In this document: positions 30,652 to 45,109 of the stretch, piece after piece
How positions within the stretch are numbered: position 1 is the first letter of the stretch
Layout of the letters: every line of letters starts with the position of its first letter
From: the human T2T-CHM13v2.0 reference genome, Homo sapiens
Assembly: GCF_009914755.1 (NCBI RefSeq)
Contig: NC_060929.1
Direction: 5' to 3' (one strand)
DNA length: 64,000 bases
The notes under the pieces: generated by a model
What the model was told of the DNA's origin: nothing
The model's input: the letters and a program-made list of their open reading frames with translations, nothing else
Databases searched by the model: none
Program-made: the position numbers and the translations under genes

Positions 30652-31003
30652 TGATATGATTTGGCTCTGTGTCCCCACCTAAATCTCATCTTGAATTGTA
30701 ATCCCCACATGTCAACGGAGATATCTGGTAGGAGGCAATTGGATCATGGGGGCTGATTTCCCCCATCCTGTTCTTGTGATAGTGAGTGAGTTTTCACCAC
30801 ATCTGGTGGTTTAAAAGTGTGGCACTTCTCCCCTCACTCTCTCTCCTGCTGCCATGTAAGACATGCCTTGCTTCCCCTTCGCCTTCCGCCATGATTATAA
30901 ATTTCCTGAGGCCTTCCCCGCTTTGTGGAACTGTGAGTAAATTAAACCTCTTTTCTTTATAAATTATCAAGTATCAGGTAGTTCTTTATAGCAGTGTGAA
31001 AAT
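30652..31003 (+). mobile_element. MSTA-like MaLR LTR
   Basis: tgatatgatttggctctgtgtccccacctaaatctcatcttgaattgtaatcccc...tctttatagcagtgtgaaaa. Confidence 0.88.
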
Positions 31004-31049
31004 CACGAGTAGATGATGTTTGAGGGGAGAATTGAATGGCAAGAAATAC

Positions 31050-31340
31050 CCCACCTAGAACTGTTAGTGCATAGACTCTGAGAAAAGTGGGTTGGAGGAC
31101 TGAAAAATGAATCAGGGTGGCTGTGGAGCAGTGAGGGAGAGGAGAGTGGTAGGCAGGAAGTCAGAAATGTAGAGGAGAGACAGAATATATAGAAACTTGA
31201 AGCCCATGGAAAGAAATCTGAACTTTATTTTAAGAACAATGATAGCTTTTAGAGCACTTTTAGTAGATAACTAATACTTGACATTATAACAGATCATTCT
31301 GGTGGTCATGTGAAAAATGGAATATAAATGATGAGAATGC
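31050..31340 (-). mobile_element. L2 fragment
   Basis: gggtggctgtggagcagtgaggg...gaactttattttaag...agatcattctggtgg. Confidence 0.55.
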
Positions 31341-32344
31341 TTAAATGTAAAATTGGACATTTTGGAAGTACTTTATTAGAGTAAGTTTTTGTTCATATTA
31401 GACAACCTAAAGGAAGACTGACTTATTAACAAAGCAGCAATTTCTCATGTTAATTTACTTTAAAAACAAATAAACTAATGAAATAAAATGAAATAAAGTA
31501 ATGAAGTAATGAAAGTTAATTTACTGTAAATACAAAATAAATAAAGTAATGAATAAGTAAAGTAATTTTAGGTTAATATTTATTAACCTAAAAATTAAAA
31601 CGTGTTAGAAAGTTCAGGCCACTTTAGACTCATTATTTCTGGCTCAGGAGGGCCTACAACAAGATTGTATTCAAAATCAAAGATGGCTCAAAATGCTTTG
31701 GCAAACTTGATTAACACAATAAAAAAGGCAAAGGACATGTATCAGTGTTCCAAGAAAATGAAGATATTTTCTGTAATAAATAAGGTACAATTAAATATAA
31801 TAGTAATAAAAATAAGAGAAATGGTTTTGATGTATGTTTCCTTTTCAAAAGAAGAGATTTATGATAGAAAACTAAGCAAATGATAAATTTCCCTGTTTAA
31901 GAAAGAGGTGTCTACCTTGCCCCATTTGACAAATGACCAGGTGGTATAAAGGAGAGAGACTCCCTAAAACACTGTCCACATTCACAAGGTAGAATAGGAG
32001 AGACTGAAGGGAAAACGTAAAACTTACTGAATTTCAGGTTTTTTCAGGCTACATGTCATGCCTGAAAAATTTTTGCCAGCTTAATCACACTGAACTTCAA
32101 TTGTATAAATTGGAAATAATACTGCCTTCCTGAACATAATTATAGAACTCTTCTGTGTACCAGATGAGGTAATGGTGTTCTAAAATTCACGTAGCTTTAG
32201 AAAATGTAGTATATCATTACTATTACACAGTTGATTATCTTCTTGGAAGGAAAGATCCACAACGACATGAAATTTGTTTTATGACATGTCAAAACATTTT
32301 AAAATATAGCATTAAAGAAGTACTGCCTGGAGAATAGGAGATAA

Positions 32345-32592
32345 AAATGATAACAGCTTATATAAATCAAGCATTTTCTTTATGCCAGGCACTAGGTTAA
32401 ATAGTTTTCATGATTATATAATCACGTCCTCACAATATGGGCTATTATTGTTCTTCATTAGGAGGAAATTGCAGCTTAGAGAAGTTATGCAACTTGCCTA
32501 GGGTAAAAGTAAGTGTTGGTAATACATGGTGGCTCTTGAATTTAAGCCAAGGTTAGTTTGACTCCAGAACTTGAGCCCTTCTACTATACTGT
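32345..32592 (-). mobile_element. MIR
   Basis: tatgccaggcact...gaggaaattgcagcttagagaagttatgcaacttgcctaggg...tgactccagaac. Confidence 0.7.
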
Positions 32593-33096
32593 CCTACTAC
32601 TTCTCCAATTTCAAATCTGAAATTTGATTAAACTAATTGTATAAAAATCATGGAATTGGCCATTGGTGTCGCTTTGAAAAAGAATTGTTAGCTCCATATA
32701 ACAAAAAATTAAGAAATGTTATTGCCTATCACAACAGTGCCTCAAATCTGACTCAGATATGTATAAGCACATTCTTTCTGGGTGTAGGGGAGGCAAGGAC
32801 ATAGATTGAGCCTCATGGCTACATGTAGATTTTTGTCAAGGGCCTTGCTTTGGTTGGAAGTTGTTGGTTCTCAGGCTTGTTATATTATTACAAATAATTC
32901 ATTCAATAACTGACTAAAAGCAAGCCTTGCCTTAAATGCAGCAGCAATGACTATGTCACGAACCACTGATTATGACTAATCTAAAATCCAATTCTTTGTA
33001 CTTAATGCCAGCAAAATAAAGAAAATAAAAGAGAAAATTAAATCTGAGAGTTCCCAGTTCAAGAACTTTTAAAAACACCCTTCTAGAAGCATCTGA

Positions 33097-33514
<418 letters not shown>

Positions 33515-33635
33515 TAGTCTTTTTGTGAGAGGTCAGTGGTGAAGTTTCTTTCTAAAATAGAAAATGTCTAGCACATTATTTTATTAAAAAACTTTGAAGA
33601 GAATTTAGGTAACTGGATTTGTGAGGAAGTTTTGA

Positions 33636-33949
<314 letters not shown>

Positions 33950-34336
33950 TGAATGATCAGGTTTTAAACATAGAGAGAAAACTAAGTAAAGGGGAGACAC
34001 AATGGCCATGGATCAACCCTCTTGGCGGAAGTAGGACGAAAGCTCCTATACTAATTGACTAAATGTAGGGTATGGTTGCTGGCATGTGGCCCTTCCTCCT
34101 AACCGGCAGTCAGCAAACCTGAACTTTTGTTTTCACCTTTCTTTGAACTAACTCTGTGAGTTAGAAAATGATAAACAATCTGAGTTTAGGTTTTCCTTAT
34201 CTTTAAAATCAAGAAGTTTGAGCAGATGATAGCTTAGCTTCTTTTTTTCACAGAGGAGAGAGAGAGAGAGAGATTCTTAAAGTACTTTAGAATATTGAAT
34301 TATGGGCTGATTTTATATAAAACTATTTTCACTTTG

Positions 34337-34414
34337 CATATTGTTGAATATGGTACATACATATTCATATGTATACATATTGTTGAATATGTATGTGCCA
34401 TATTCAACAATATG
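34337..34414. repeat. Near-perfect inverted repeat (31-bp arms, 16-nt spacer)
   Basis: catattgttgaatatggtacatacatattca / tgaatatgtatgtgccatattcaacaatatg; one mismatch. Confidence 0.95.
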
Positions 34415-34919
34415 ATTTGGGTGAATACTGAACACCCATAAGATGTATGACTGAATCTCACATGAAGACAGACTTTCTGCTTTGAGGGTTTATACTACAA
34501 AAGTCCTCCCTAAATAAGTTGCTGTATACGTGAATCAAATGCACATTCACAAATATCTTTTGTTCAACTGGGTTCCCTAGGCTCTCTGAATATGCCTCAT
34601 CCCTGTCCTTTTCTGTTTCTGTTTTCACTCACTTCACTCCTTTCTAACTCCCCTTTACACCTCCTTAGAATATTGCAAATGTGAGTCCTTGTTCACTCAA
34701 CTTGCTTGAAGCAAGATGACTGAACATAAACTGTAGTCAGTTGGCTTTATTCTTTATTCTCATTCCATGTGATTCCTCTGCCCTGATTGAGGGCTGAAGG
34801 AGATGTGGAATGCTTCCATTTAAACAAAAGATGTGTTTTTGTTTTAGATTTTGCAGCCAGTATGACTCATGGTGGTCATAATGGAAAATATATGTCTGTA
34901 AGACTCAAAATAAGCAAGA

Positions 34920-35112
34920 TAATTTATGGCTTATGTTTAACATTAATTGCTTCCTTTTTTGCAATAACAATGTGAGAAAGATTATTAAGATATTTATTTT
35001 ATAAGTGAGAAAACCGAGGCTCAATGAGTTAAATAAGTTGGCCATGGTTGCACTGTAAGTGAATAGCTAAACCAGAATTATGGCCAAGTGGGTGCATACC
35101 ACACCCTCTGCT
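34920..35112 (-). mobile_element. MIR
   Basis: attttataagtgagaaaaccgaggctcaatgagttaaataagttggccatgg. Confidence 0.7.
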
Positions 35113-35939
35113 TCTTGAAGTTTGTTATCAAATTCCCTATACATGTCTTAGATTAGTGATCAGAAATAGAACACATCTAAGCCTCCAATGAACCCTCATG
35201 CTCCCCAATCAAAACAAAAGATTTTAGAAAGACAACTTATTTTTACTGTTGAATTATCAGAAGAAAATTGTTTGCATTATTTATTTGACTAATATCCTAA
35301 CTTGGTTTCCCTACATAGTTGATGAAACTACTTCCTGAAGCATTTCATTGAATTTAGTGTTATGATTATGTAAATGAATCACTTTTCATGTCTCACTAAT
35401 ATCAGTAGCAGGGTGAATTCATCATAATCATAAAAAATTCTAAAGCCAAATGGCATGCTAAGAGAATTGAACATAACCATTTTTTAGACCTTTATTGCTT
35501 TTACCTTTAATAATGATTTATCTATGAATAAAAACATATATGCTTTATGTATTTCAAGTAGTAAAAACTCAAATTAATGGGGGCAAAGACAGCAACAAAA
35601 TAATGCCCTAGAAGACTTTTTTTTCTTTTTTTGAGAAATATCTAAATATAGTTTCAAGATAACTTCTTTACTATGGTTTTGGCCCAAATTACCAGTTATT
35701 AATTGTTCTTAACTTTCCTTTCTGTTTTGTATTATTTCCTTATTTTGAACTCTAATTCCTCAAGGGATGAACTTAGATATATATCATGAATGTTCAGTTA
35801 TACCTGCATCAGTCTTTTGGGCAACTATTCTAATGTGAAACTAATGGTACATGATAGTACCAGGAAGATGAAGATTACCATAATTAGTGCTGTATATTAT
35901 CAAAGTATAAATGCATAAGAATCAAATGGGATTCCTACA

Positions 35940-36178
35940 AGACTGGAATGCAGTGGTGTAATCATGGCTTACTGCAGCCTTGAACTCGTGGGCTCAGGCA
36001 ATCCTCCTGAACTGGTATTACAGGTGCACAACAGCATGCCTGGCTAATTTTTATTTTTATTTTTAGTAGAGATGTCTTGCTATGTTGCCCAGGCTGGTCT
36101 CAAACTCCTGGCCTCAAGCTATCCTCCTTTCCTGCCAAAGTGCTGGGATTAAAGGAATGTAATCCATTGTACTCAGCC
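35940..36178 (-). mobile_element. AluJ, degraded and truncated
   Basis: atcatggcttactgcagccttgaactc...ctatgttgcccaggctggtctcaaactcctggcctcaagc. Confidence 0.85.
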
Positions 36179-36581
36179 AATAATGTGTTAATATTGACTT
36201 TTAATACAAGATCAATAGGCTTGGATAAAAAGCTACTGATCCTTTTACGGAATCCTTTGGTTTCACAGATGAGAAAAACTGTAATCTGTCAGTCTTCTGA
36301 TTCTCACTAGCATGTTCTTTTATTCTACCCTCCCTCTGCTTAGCACCTTCAACATACTCTAGGTTAACTGTTTATTTGATGTTGTAAGTCAGTAACTGCC
36401 TATGTCTTGCCCAACCAAGATGATTGTGATGGCCATGTGAAAGAGTTGCACAGATATGGAAGAGTTGCACAGCTCTCCTGCTTGTGTCTAACTACTGACG
36501 ACAAAACTCTCTAAAATAAACAAACTGCTTACTCAAAAGCTATGAGTGCTAGAATTACATATTTGTTATGTATAATAGTAA

Positions 36582-37513
36582 TGTGTCTAGAATTTATTCC
36601 TTCCGGTGGGTTCTTCGTCTTGCTAACTTCAAGAATGAAGCTTCGGAACCTCGAGGTCAGTGTCACAGCTCTTAAAGATGGTGTGTCCAGAGTTTATTCC
36701 TTCAGGTGTTCAGATGTGTCCAGAGTTTCTTCCCTCTGGTGCGTTTGTGGTCTTGCTGACTTCAGGAGTGAAGCTGCAGACCTTCTCAGTGAGTGTTACA
36801 GCTCTTAAAAGTGGTGCACCCAAAGTTGTTTGTTCCTCCCAGTGGGTTCGTGGTCTCGCTAACTTCAGGAATGAAGCTGCAGATCCTTGTGGTGAGTGTT
36901 ACAGCTCATAAAGGTAATGCGGCCCCAAAGGGTGAGCAGCAGCAAGATTTATTGTGAAGAGTGAAAGAACAAAGCTTCCACAGCCTGGAAGGGGACCCGA
37001 GTGGGTTGACACTGCTGGCTGGGGTGGCCAGCTTTTATTCCCTTATTTGTCCCTGCCTACCTCCTGCTAATTAGTCCATTTTACAGAGCACTGATTGGTC
37101 TATTTTGCAGAGTGCTGACTGGTCCATTTTACAGAACGCTGATTGGTCCATTTTGCAGAGTGCTGATTGGTCCATTTTACAGAGTGCTGTTTGGTGCATT
37201 TACAATCCTTTAGCTGGACCCAGAGCGCTGATTGGTGTGTTTTTACAGAGTGCTGACTGGTGCACTTACAATCCTTTAGCTAGACACAGAATGCTGATTG
37301 GTGCATTTTTAGAGTGCTGATTGGTGCATTTATAATCATTTAGCTAGACACAGAGTGCTGATTGGTGTGTTTTCACAGAGTGCTGATTGGTGCATTTACA
37401 ATCCTTTAGCTAGACACAGAGCACTGATTGGTGTGTTTACAATCCTCTAGCTAGACAGAAAAGTTCTCCAAGACCCCACTCGACCCAGGAAGTCCAGCTG
37501 GCTTCACCTCTCA
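36582..37513 (-). mobile_element. LTR12-family (ERV9) solo LTR
   Basis: TG...CA termini; 4-bp TSD gtaa (36578-36581, 37514-37517); tandem gctgattgg repeats; acagctcttaaag U5 repeats. Confidence 0.93.
37085..37455 (-). promoter_or_regulatory. LTR12 U3 CCAAT (NF-Y) repeat array
   Basis: About nine intact gattgg (CCAATC) motifs in ~23-41-bp repeats; TATA-like aataaaag on the minus strand near 37032-37039. Confidence 0.7.
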
Positions 37514-37649
37514 GTAACACGTTTTAGAAAAAGAAAAAAATTTTAGGTAGCCTCAAATACCACTCCACTGGGTTAGACGGACTTTTTCTATTTTATGTCT
37601 GCTCATCTTAGACATTTAAAATTTAAAATTTAACAGTGTTTTCCTATGA

Positions 37650-39739
37650 CATGAAAATCCTGTTCAAAACCAAATTTTACCCTTGTGTTAGTTTGTTAAT
37701 ATTAACCCCAATTTGTTTAAATGAAACATTATAGATCATACCGTTTTATCTTAACCAATTTGACCATGAAGTGAAATCTTTACAAACCTTTTATAACCCT
37801 TTTATTAAAGGGCAGATTAGTGTCTTAAGATCTCCTTGCTATGCTTTTATTTCAATTCTCAATTTATGAAAAGACCATATAGATACTATGGGAGAAGATG
37901 GTGTAGTGCTTCTACCATGCGCTTCATTGCAAGACAATCCAAAGCCAATTGGCTTATTTTGTAATCAGCTCATCCCTGCCTTTGAGCAGGATTTTCATGT
38001 CATAGTATAGGCTAATGAAAGGTTTTTGCCTTTTGAGTCATCATTTTGGCAAAGTAATTTATGGCAATCTGGAAATTGTCTTTCCTGATGCTTGGCTTTT
38101 TGGATGGTTCAGAGGGCCCCTGAAACATTCAGAAAAGAGGTAAACATGATTATTTGACATGTTTAGTCACATAAGATTGCCAAAATGATGTCTAAGTTAT
38201 ATTTTGGTGAATAATACTAATATATGTTCAAAAATTGAATGGGATTTCTAAAATTCTAATGTCTAAGTATATGCTATCAATCATAATTAAGGGTAAAGTT
38301 ATTGTAAGCCACAGAGATAAACTTCTTTGTCAGTCATGTTTTTAACTGTAACTATCCTGGAAATGTTGCCATTTGCAGACAATTATTGTCTTGCTATGTT
38401 ACTTCTCAAAGGATGGTTTATCATCAAGCTATATTAAGGACTTTAACAGGTGTTTTCAAATGCAGGTTTTTAATAGCTTTGAAGATTGTAACATTGGAAT
38501 AGAAAAAGAACGCAGGGGACTCCTAAAAAACTGACATGTTCACAAATACCAAGCAAAACAAAAGTGAACTAAGTGGACTGCACTCAGAAAGTTTAAGCAA
38601 CCTTTTTAACTTTTGCTTGGAATATTGCCAATCCTTGTTTTGTTTTTCAGAGTGAAGGAAACTTATTTTAAGCTATTTATGGCCTTTAATAATTAAGTAA
38701 GGTATACTACTGTGAACAAAATTTGGAGCATGTTCATTTTTCTCCACCTGGCTCCTCTAGAATTTGGAGAGTATCTGAGTCAAGCTTGACATGCAGAGCC
38801 AATAAAGCCCCTTTATTGGGAGAACTGGCCTCATACATTGTCCACACAGTCCCTGCACAGGGTTCCTAACCTGTAACCAGTAAAGAATGTCACTTTCTAA
38901 CAGGTCTGGAAGTTCCGAGTTTATCTTGGGACCTCGAGAGGAGAGGATCACCCAACTCACAGAAGCAATCAAACTCCAAATGGCGCTGCAGACTGAACCA
39001 CACATGCACATGCCATTCTTCCAAGGACCCTTAAGTTGACCCTAGGAGGATCCCTAGCTGCGGTTCCTCATTCAATGCCCCTTTTCAGCAGGAAGTAGTC
39101 AGAAAGAGTCATTGCCCAATACCCCCTAACAGCAGTTAGTGTGACATCTCCACAGTGGAGAATGTTGAAGGAGTTATTAAGAAATTATTTTAGGCAGACA
39201 GAGAGGAAAAGGGGCCGTTGGGAAGTTTTCATTTTTAGAGCTGCTGCAGAAGACTTTCTTATAAAGCCCTGGCATGCAAATGCAGGGCATTAGAAACTGG
39301 ATCCACATAGTGATTCCCGTTGTCTTCTTGCCCTTGCCCCACATGTTCCTGGCAACATGGTTGCCCCCACATAGCCCCTTGTGTGTGGAACATCATGGCG
39401 CCCTGCATTTGCATATTAAAATGCTAGGGTGAGAGGGCCAGCTTTTCCTGCTATGTGAATGACATGCCTAGTAAAACCAATCCCCTAAGTCCTGTGTAAA
39501 TCAGACACTGCCTCCTCCAGCCTTTGTATATATACCTGGCTGGTATCCATGGCAGGTGGGGTTCCCTCTCTCCACTTTGGAGAACCCCCTCCCTTTGTCT
39601 CTGTACAGGGGAGCTTCTTCCTTCTCCTTTTCTTCTTGCCCCTTCTAGAATATTAAACTCTCCTGTCCTAAAAACCAAAAAAAAATAAAAAAAAAAAACA
39701 AAAACGAAAGAAAACAAAACAAACAAAAAACCACCAAAA
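37650..39739 (+). mobile_element. L1-retrotransposed ERV1 (MER4-group) transcript: inverted internal segment (37650-~37978), sense internal segment, U3-R LTR, poly(A)
   Basis: TSD aacagtgttttcct(a/g)tga (37632-37649, 39740-39757); LTR from 39163 ends ~20 nt after attaaa in an A-rich tail; env-end EAIKLQM and a PPT-like tract precede the LTR. Confidence 0.85.
39163..39676 (+). mobile_element. MER4-group LTR (MER50/MER84-like), U3-R only
   Basis: tgttgaaggagttattaagaaattattttaggcag...ccctgcatttgcatattaaaa...tattaaactc; no U5 before poly(A). Confidence 0.8.
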
Positions 39740-40892
39740 AACAGTGTTTTCCTGTGATAACTTCATTATATTTAATAATAACACTCTAACACTGTTTCAC
39801 ACTTGAAAGCTCTATATAATGCATTTTGGACTTAAGAGACTCTTAAAACTAAAAATATATTGCATGAGTAAATAATAAAATACAAAACAAATCTACTAAC
39901 ATACACTTCTCTGTTTGATGTCATACCCATTAACAACTAATAACTTTCCAATGAAGAAACGCACTTTTTAGTGGTATATGACAAAGACAGCCCATTTTAA
40001 AATGCCATTCAATATGTACTCAGTACCAAATCAAAAATGAAGGACTTCAATTTCACGGCTGTCCATTTCCCATATTCTATTATGTTCTTGATTATTTTAA
40101 AAAGAACGGTTTGTTTTTCTCAGTCTAAAAATACTACATTTACTTTGAACTCTTACTGTTTTAGAAAAACAGACAAAAGAGATAACTGGGCTTTGTTTAT
40201 AAGAGTACTTTCCAGGTAAATGCACTACCCACCAATTTGTAAAAGGTAATTATCTTCTAAGCTGTTTCTCTCACACTTTTTAGTATACAAAGCAACTTTT
40301 CTGTGTAGCATCAGGAAAACATGAGACACATGCATGAAAAACAGTAGATCCCCACATGGTAGGATGCACATAAATAGAATCAGACAAAGGAAAATGAGGG
40401 AAGGGGCACATTTTGTCCTGAGTACCCACTGCTTCCTGCTTTGTAAGCTTCTTGTCTAGGTCAGTTGAAGCTCCAGTCATCACAGACTTTTCCTTGGAGC
40501 ATCCTGACCAAGACAATTATCACAGGCAGTGCCTCCTTCTCCTAGTAAGCCTGCCATTTGCTCACTCCTTCCCTCCTTCACCCATCCGCTATACTCAGGT
40601 CTTCTTTATGGCTCTTCTCTCAGCTAACTTCCAGAATAAATTACACTGGGACAGAGTTTTTCATAAGAAACCATTTGAGACTGACGAGAAAGGCCTTTTA
40701 TAAATATCACTTGATTGAGTGCCTTGGAGAGGCAATGCTTTAATGTTGGAATGTTAAGCTTCATCAGGAGGAAGTAAGAGAGATGACTTTTAAAACACAG
40801 GGTTTCCTGATTTCTCTGCTCAAATGATATAGGTAACTATCACATCAAGCTGATCAATTCCAATGATATGAATCTCCCAGGCAGTTTGCATT

Positions 40893-41150
40893 TTATTAAT
40901 TCATTCAGCAAATATTTGCTGAATGGTAAGTGCCAGGCACTGTCCTAGATGTTGGCAAAACAACAGTGAATAAGATAGGTGTGATTCTTGCCTTTGTGGA
41001 ATTTATAGTCTGACAAGGTAGATATTAAACAAGTAAGATACATGTGATGCATGCATTGAAATATGAAGTACAGGTTTCTATGGGAACATATGACATGGAG
41101 TGTTAACCTATCTGGACAGGCAAAGAATGTTGCTGGGATAAAGTAAGAGC
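40893..41150 (-). mobile_element. L2 3' end
   Basis: attcattcagcaaatatttgctgaatg...gtgccaggcactgtcctagatg...tgcctttgtggaatttatagtct. Confidence 0.75.
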
Positions 41151-42469
41151 CCAAAACAAGGACTGACTAGGTAACTTAGCCACCCAACTGTGTCCCAAAT
41201 GACTGCCATCTAACTGGCCAAAGGTATTCCCCCGGCTTTCTGCCTGGCTCTTCTGTCATCCCAGCCTAAATGATGGTTGGCACAAAAACTAGAGAAGCCA
41301 TTATCTTTTGCTAAAGACTAACATTTAGTTTTCATTTTTAATTACTTATCTGGCTGCTTTGGCTTGTGCTTTATTAAGAATAGAGACTTATGGCATTATT
41401 TTTAAGTGTAGCCTTCTTCCGATCACAATTTTCATTAGTTTGATTGACATGAAGCTGAAGGTTTGGGAAATAAATGAGTACTTAAAATTATTAAAGATTA
41501 ATATGCAGTGACTGAGACAGAAAGAATGCTTCAAAGAAAAAGAGGAATTAGAATATTTACTCAAAACATAACTAAATATTCAGCAACCGAAATTCAGAAG
41601 AAAAAGGACTTTAAATGACCTGGTAAGAATTATAATTCACTTTATGTTGGACACTCCACTTTAAAACACACGCACCTGCCCCCTGCAACTATCTCAATGG
41701 CTTTGTGTATTTCTCAAGGTTAGAAGAGTGCTTTAAAAACAGGAATATTTTAAACTTTGTGCTGTTAGAAATTTTTGTTTCAAAACAAAAGCAATATTCC
41801 TTAAATGATACTTTCTGGATAGCCATGAGCTAGGTACTCTGCTGCTCTTTAGGAAAAACAAAATATACATGACAGAAGGAGCTGTGCCTCTGTGCTGCTT
41901 GTGCTCATTTTTATTGCTTTGTTCACTCTCCAAGTGTTTTCACTGCTCTAAAATCTTCCATATAGGCTATTTTTGTTACAAGCCTGCTTCAAAATATTAT
42001 TTGAAAATAATAGCACACACAACTTTATGACCTATTTAATCTTAAATATGTCATAAGATTCCCTAAATCAGTTAAGCATGGTTTTCATTTGGCCACTCCA
42101 GCCAACACTCATTATTTCATAGTCGCATAGAAAACATACATCATTTAAAAAATATTTATATTGAGAAGTGAAAGTAGGTACTATTGATAAGACTTTTATA
42201 TATTCTCAGAATTTATTTCATTAATGTTTTTTAAAGTTAAAATTAGGCAAACATTAATGTACTTAGTAAAAATGTTAGAAATGTAAGAAGCATACGGATG
42301 ACTCAACCACAAAACCACTGGGAAACCAGAGAAGAGCACCTGAAACATCAAAAACCAAATAAACCAGGAAATGAAAAAGAAACTATTATAGTAAAATGAA
42401 CAGAAAACATAAAAGAGAAAAAATGATTGAAAGTGAGAAGAATAAAATGCTTTATGATTAATGTTACTA

Positions 42470-43988
<1,519 letters not shown>

Positions 43989-45109
43989 ACCATACCACCT
44001 AATAAAAGCTATTAGGATAAGCCAAGACAGCGTGTATGGCACCGGAAAAATTAGTTTCTCTATGAAGTACGTGCTCATGTGGAGATCTAGCAACCGAGAG
44101 AAACACAAAACAAAATGAAGTTACACAATCTAAGCCTTTAAAACTCAGTTACTATGACTATGATGCTTATAATGGAAGCAAAATGGGTAATTCAAGCCTT
44201 CGTGTAAGAAAAATTAAATGTTTCTTTGCTGGGGAAGTGCATTTAAGTGTTCTTTTCTTTAAGTTCAAAGTCTGCCCATCATAGTTATTTGAGTTGTTAA
44301 AGGAACTCTTCTGGAAAAAAAAGCATTTAATAAGAGTCAGGATTATAATACTCATTATAATCCTGCTCAGTCCTGGCAGGTTCTGATCTAAATACCAAGT
44401 CCAAGCTCCCACACAGCCAATTAGGAAAGCTTTTCTCAATATCCAAAGAGAGGTGCCAAAGAGATTAAGTGTGAGATGCCACTGACAGCTTCTTCCCATA
44501 AGAAGACATTATTTTGACAACATTAAAGATTCTTAGTGGGTTTATTTTAAAGTTGCTGAATCGTCTTGGTGTAGTAGGATGTCTACATCCTAGAAAGTGT
44601 TATCAAAATTGAAAATGAGTAATGTAAATTTTTAAAATTAATTTTTACATGAAAATTTTGTACATTTATATTGAATATAATATGAAAATATGGTAGTGTA
44701 AAATATAAAATATGGAAAATATGGCTCAATGTCTGATTTATCTAAATAGTTGTAAGAAAATGTGTTTAGAAAAATACGTAGTGACAGTCAATTCAGATAT
44801 CACCTTTGGTAAAAATGGAATATTTTGAGTGTGATAAAAATGAAAGGAAGTAACAAAAATAAAACAGAGGTAAAATTAAAAAGGCTAAAATGCACAGATT
44901 ACATGTATCTGAAATTAGGTATGTTATCTTCCATTTCCATAATATTAAAAAGAATCTCTTCTGCAGCAATTATTTAAAAATCTGTGGAAAACGTTGTGTT
45001 AAAAAATATTCGCATTGGAAGCCTGAGAGACTGTCTGCTAGATTATTTTTTATATGACTGTATCATCATTGGATTTTCAGTTTATCTTCTCTTTTGGCCT
45101 ATTAGTTCT

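Noticed and set aside
37085-37455. Repeat array superficially like CRISPR
   Set aside because: These are LTR12 U3 tandem repeats with no unique spacers and no cas genes, in eukaryotic DNA.
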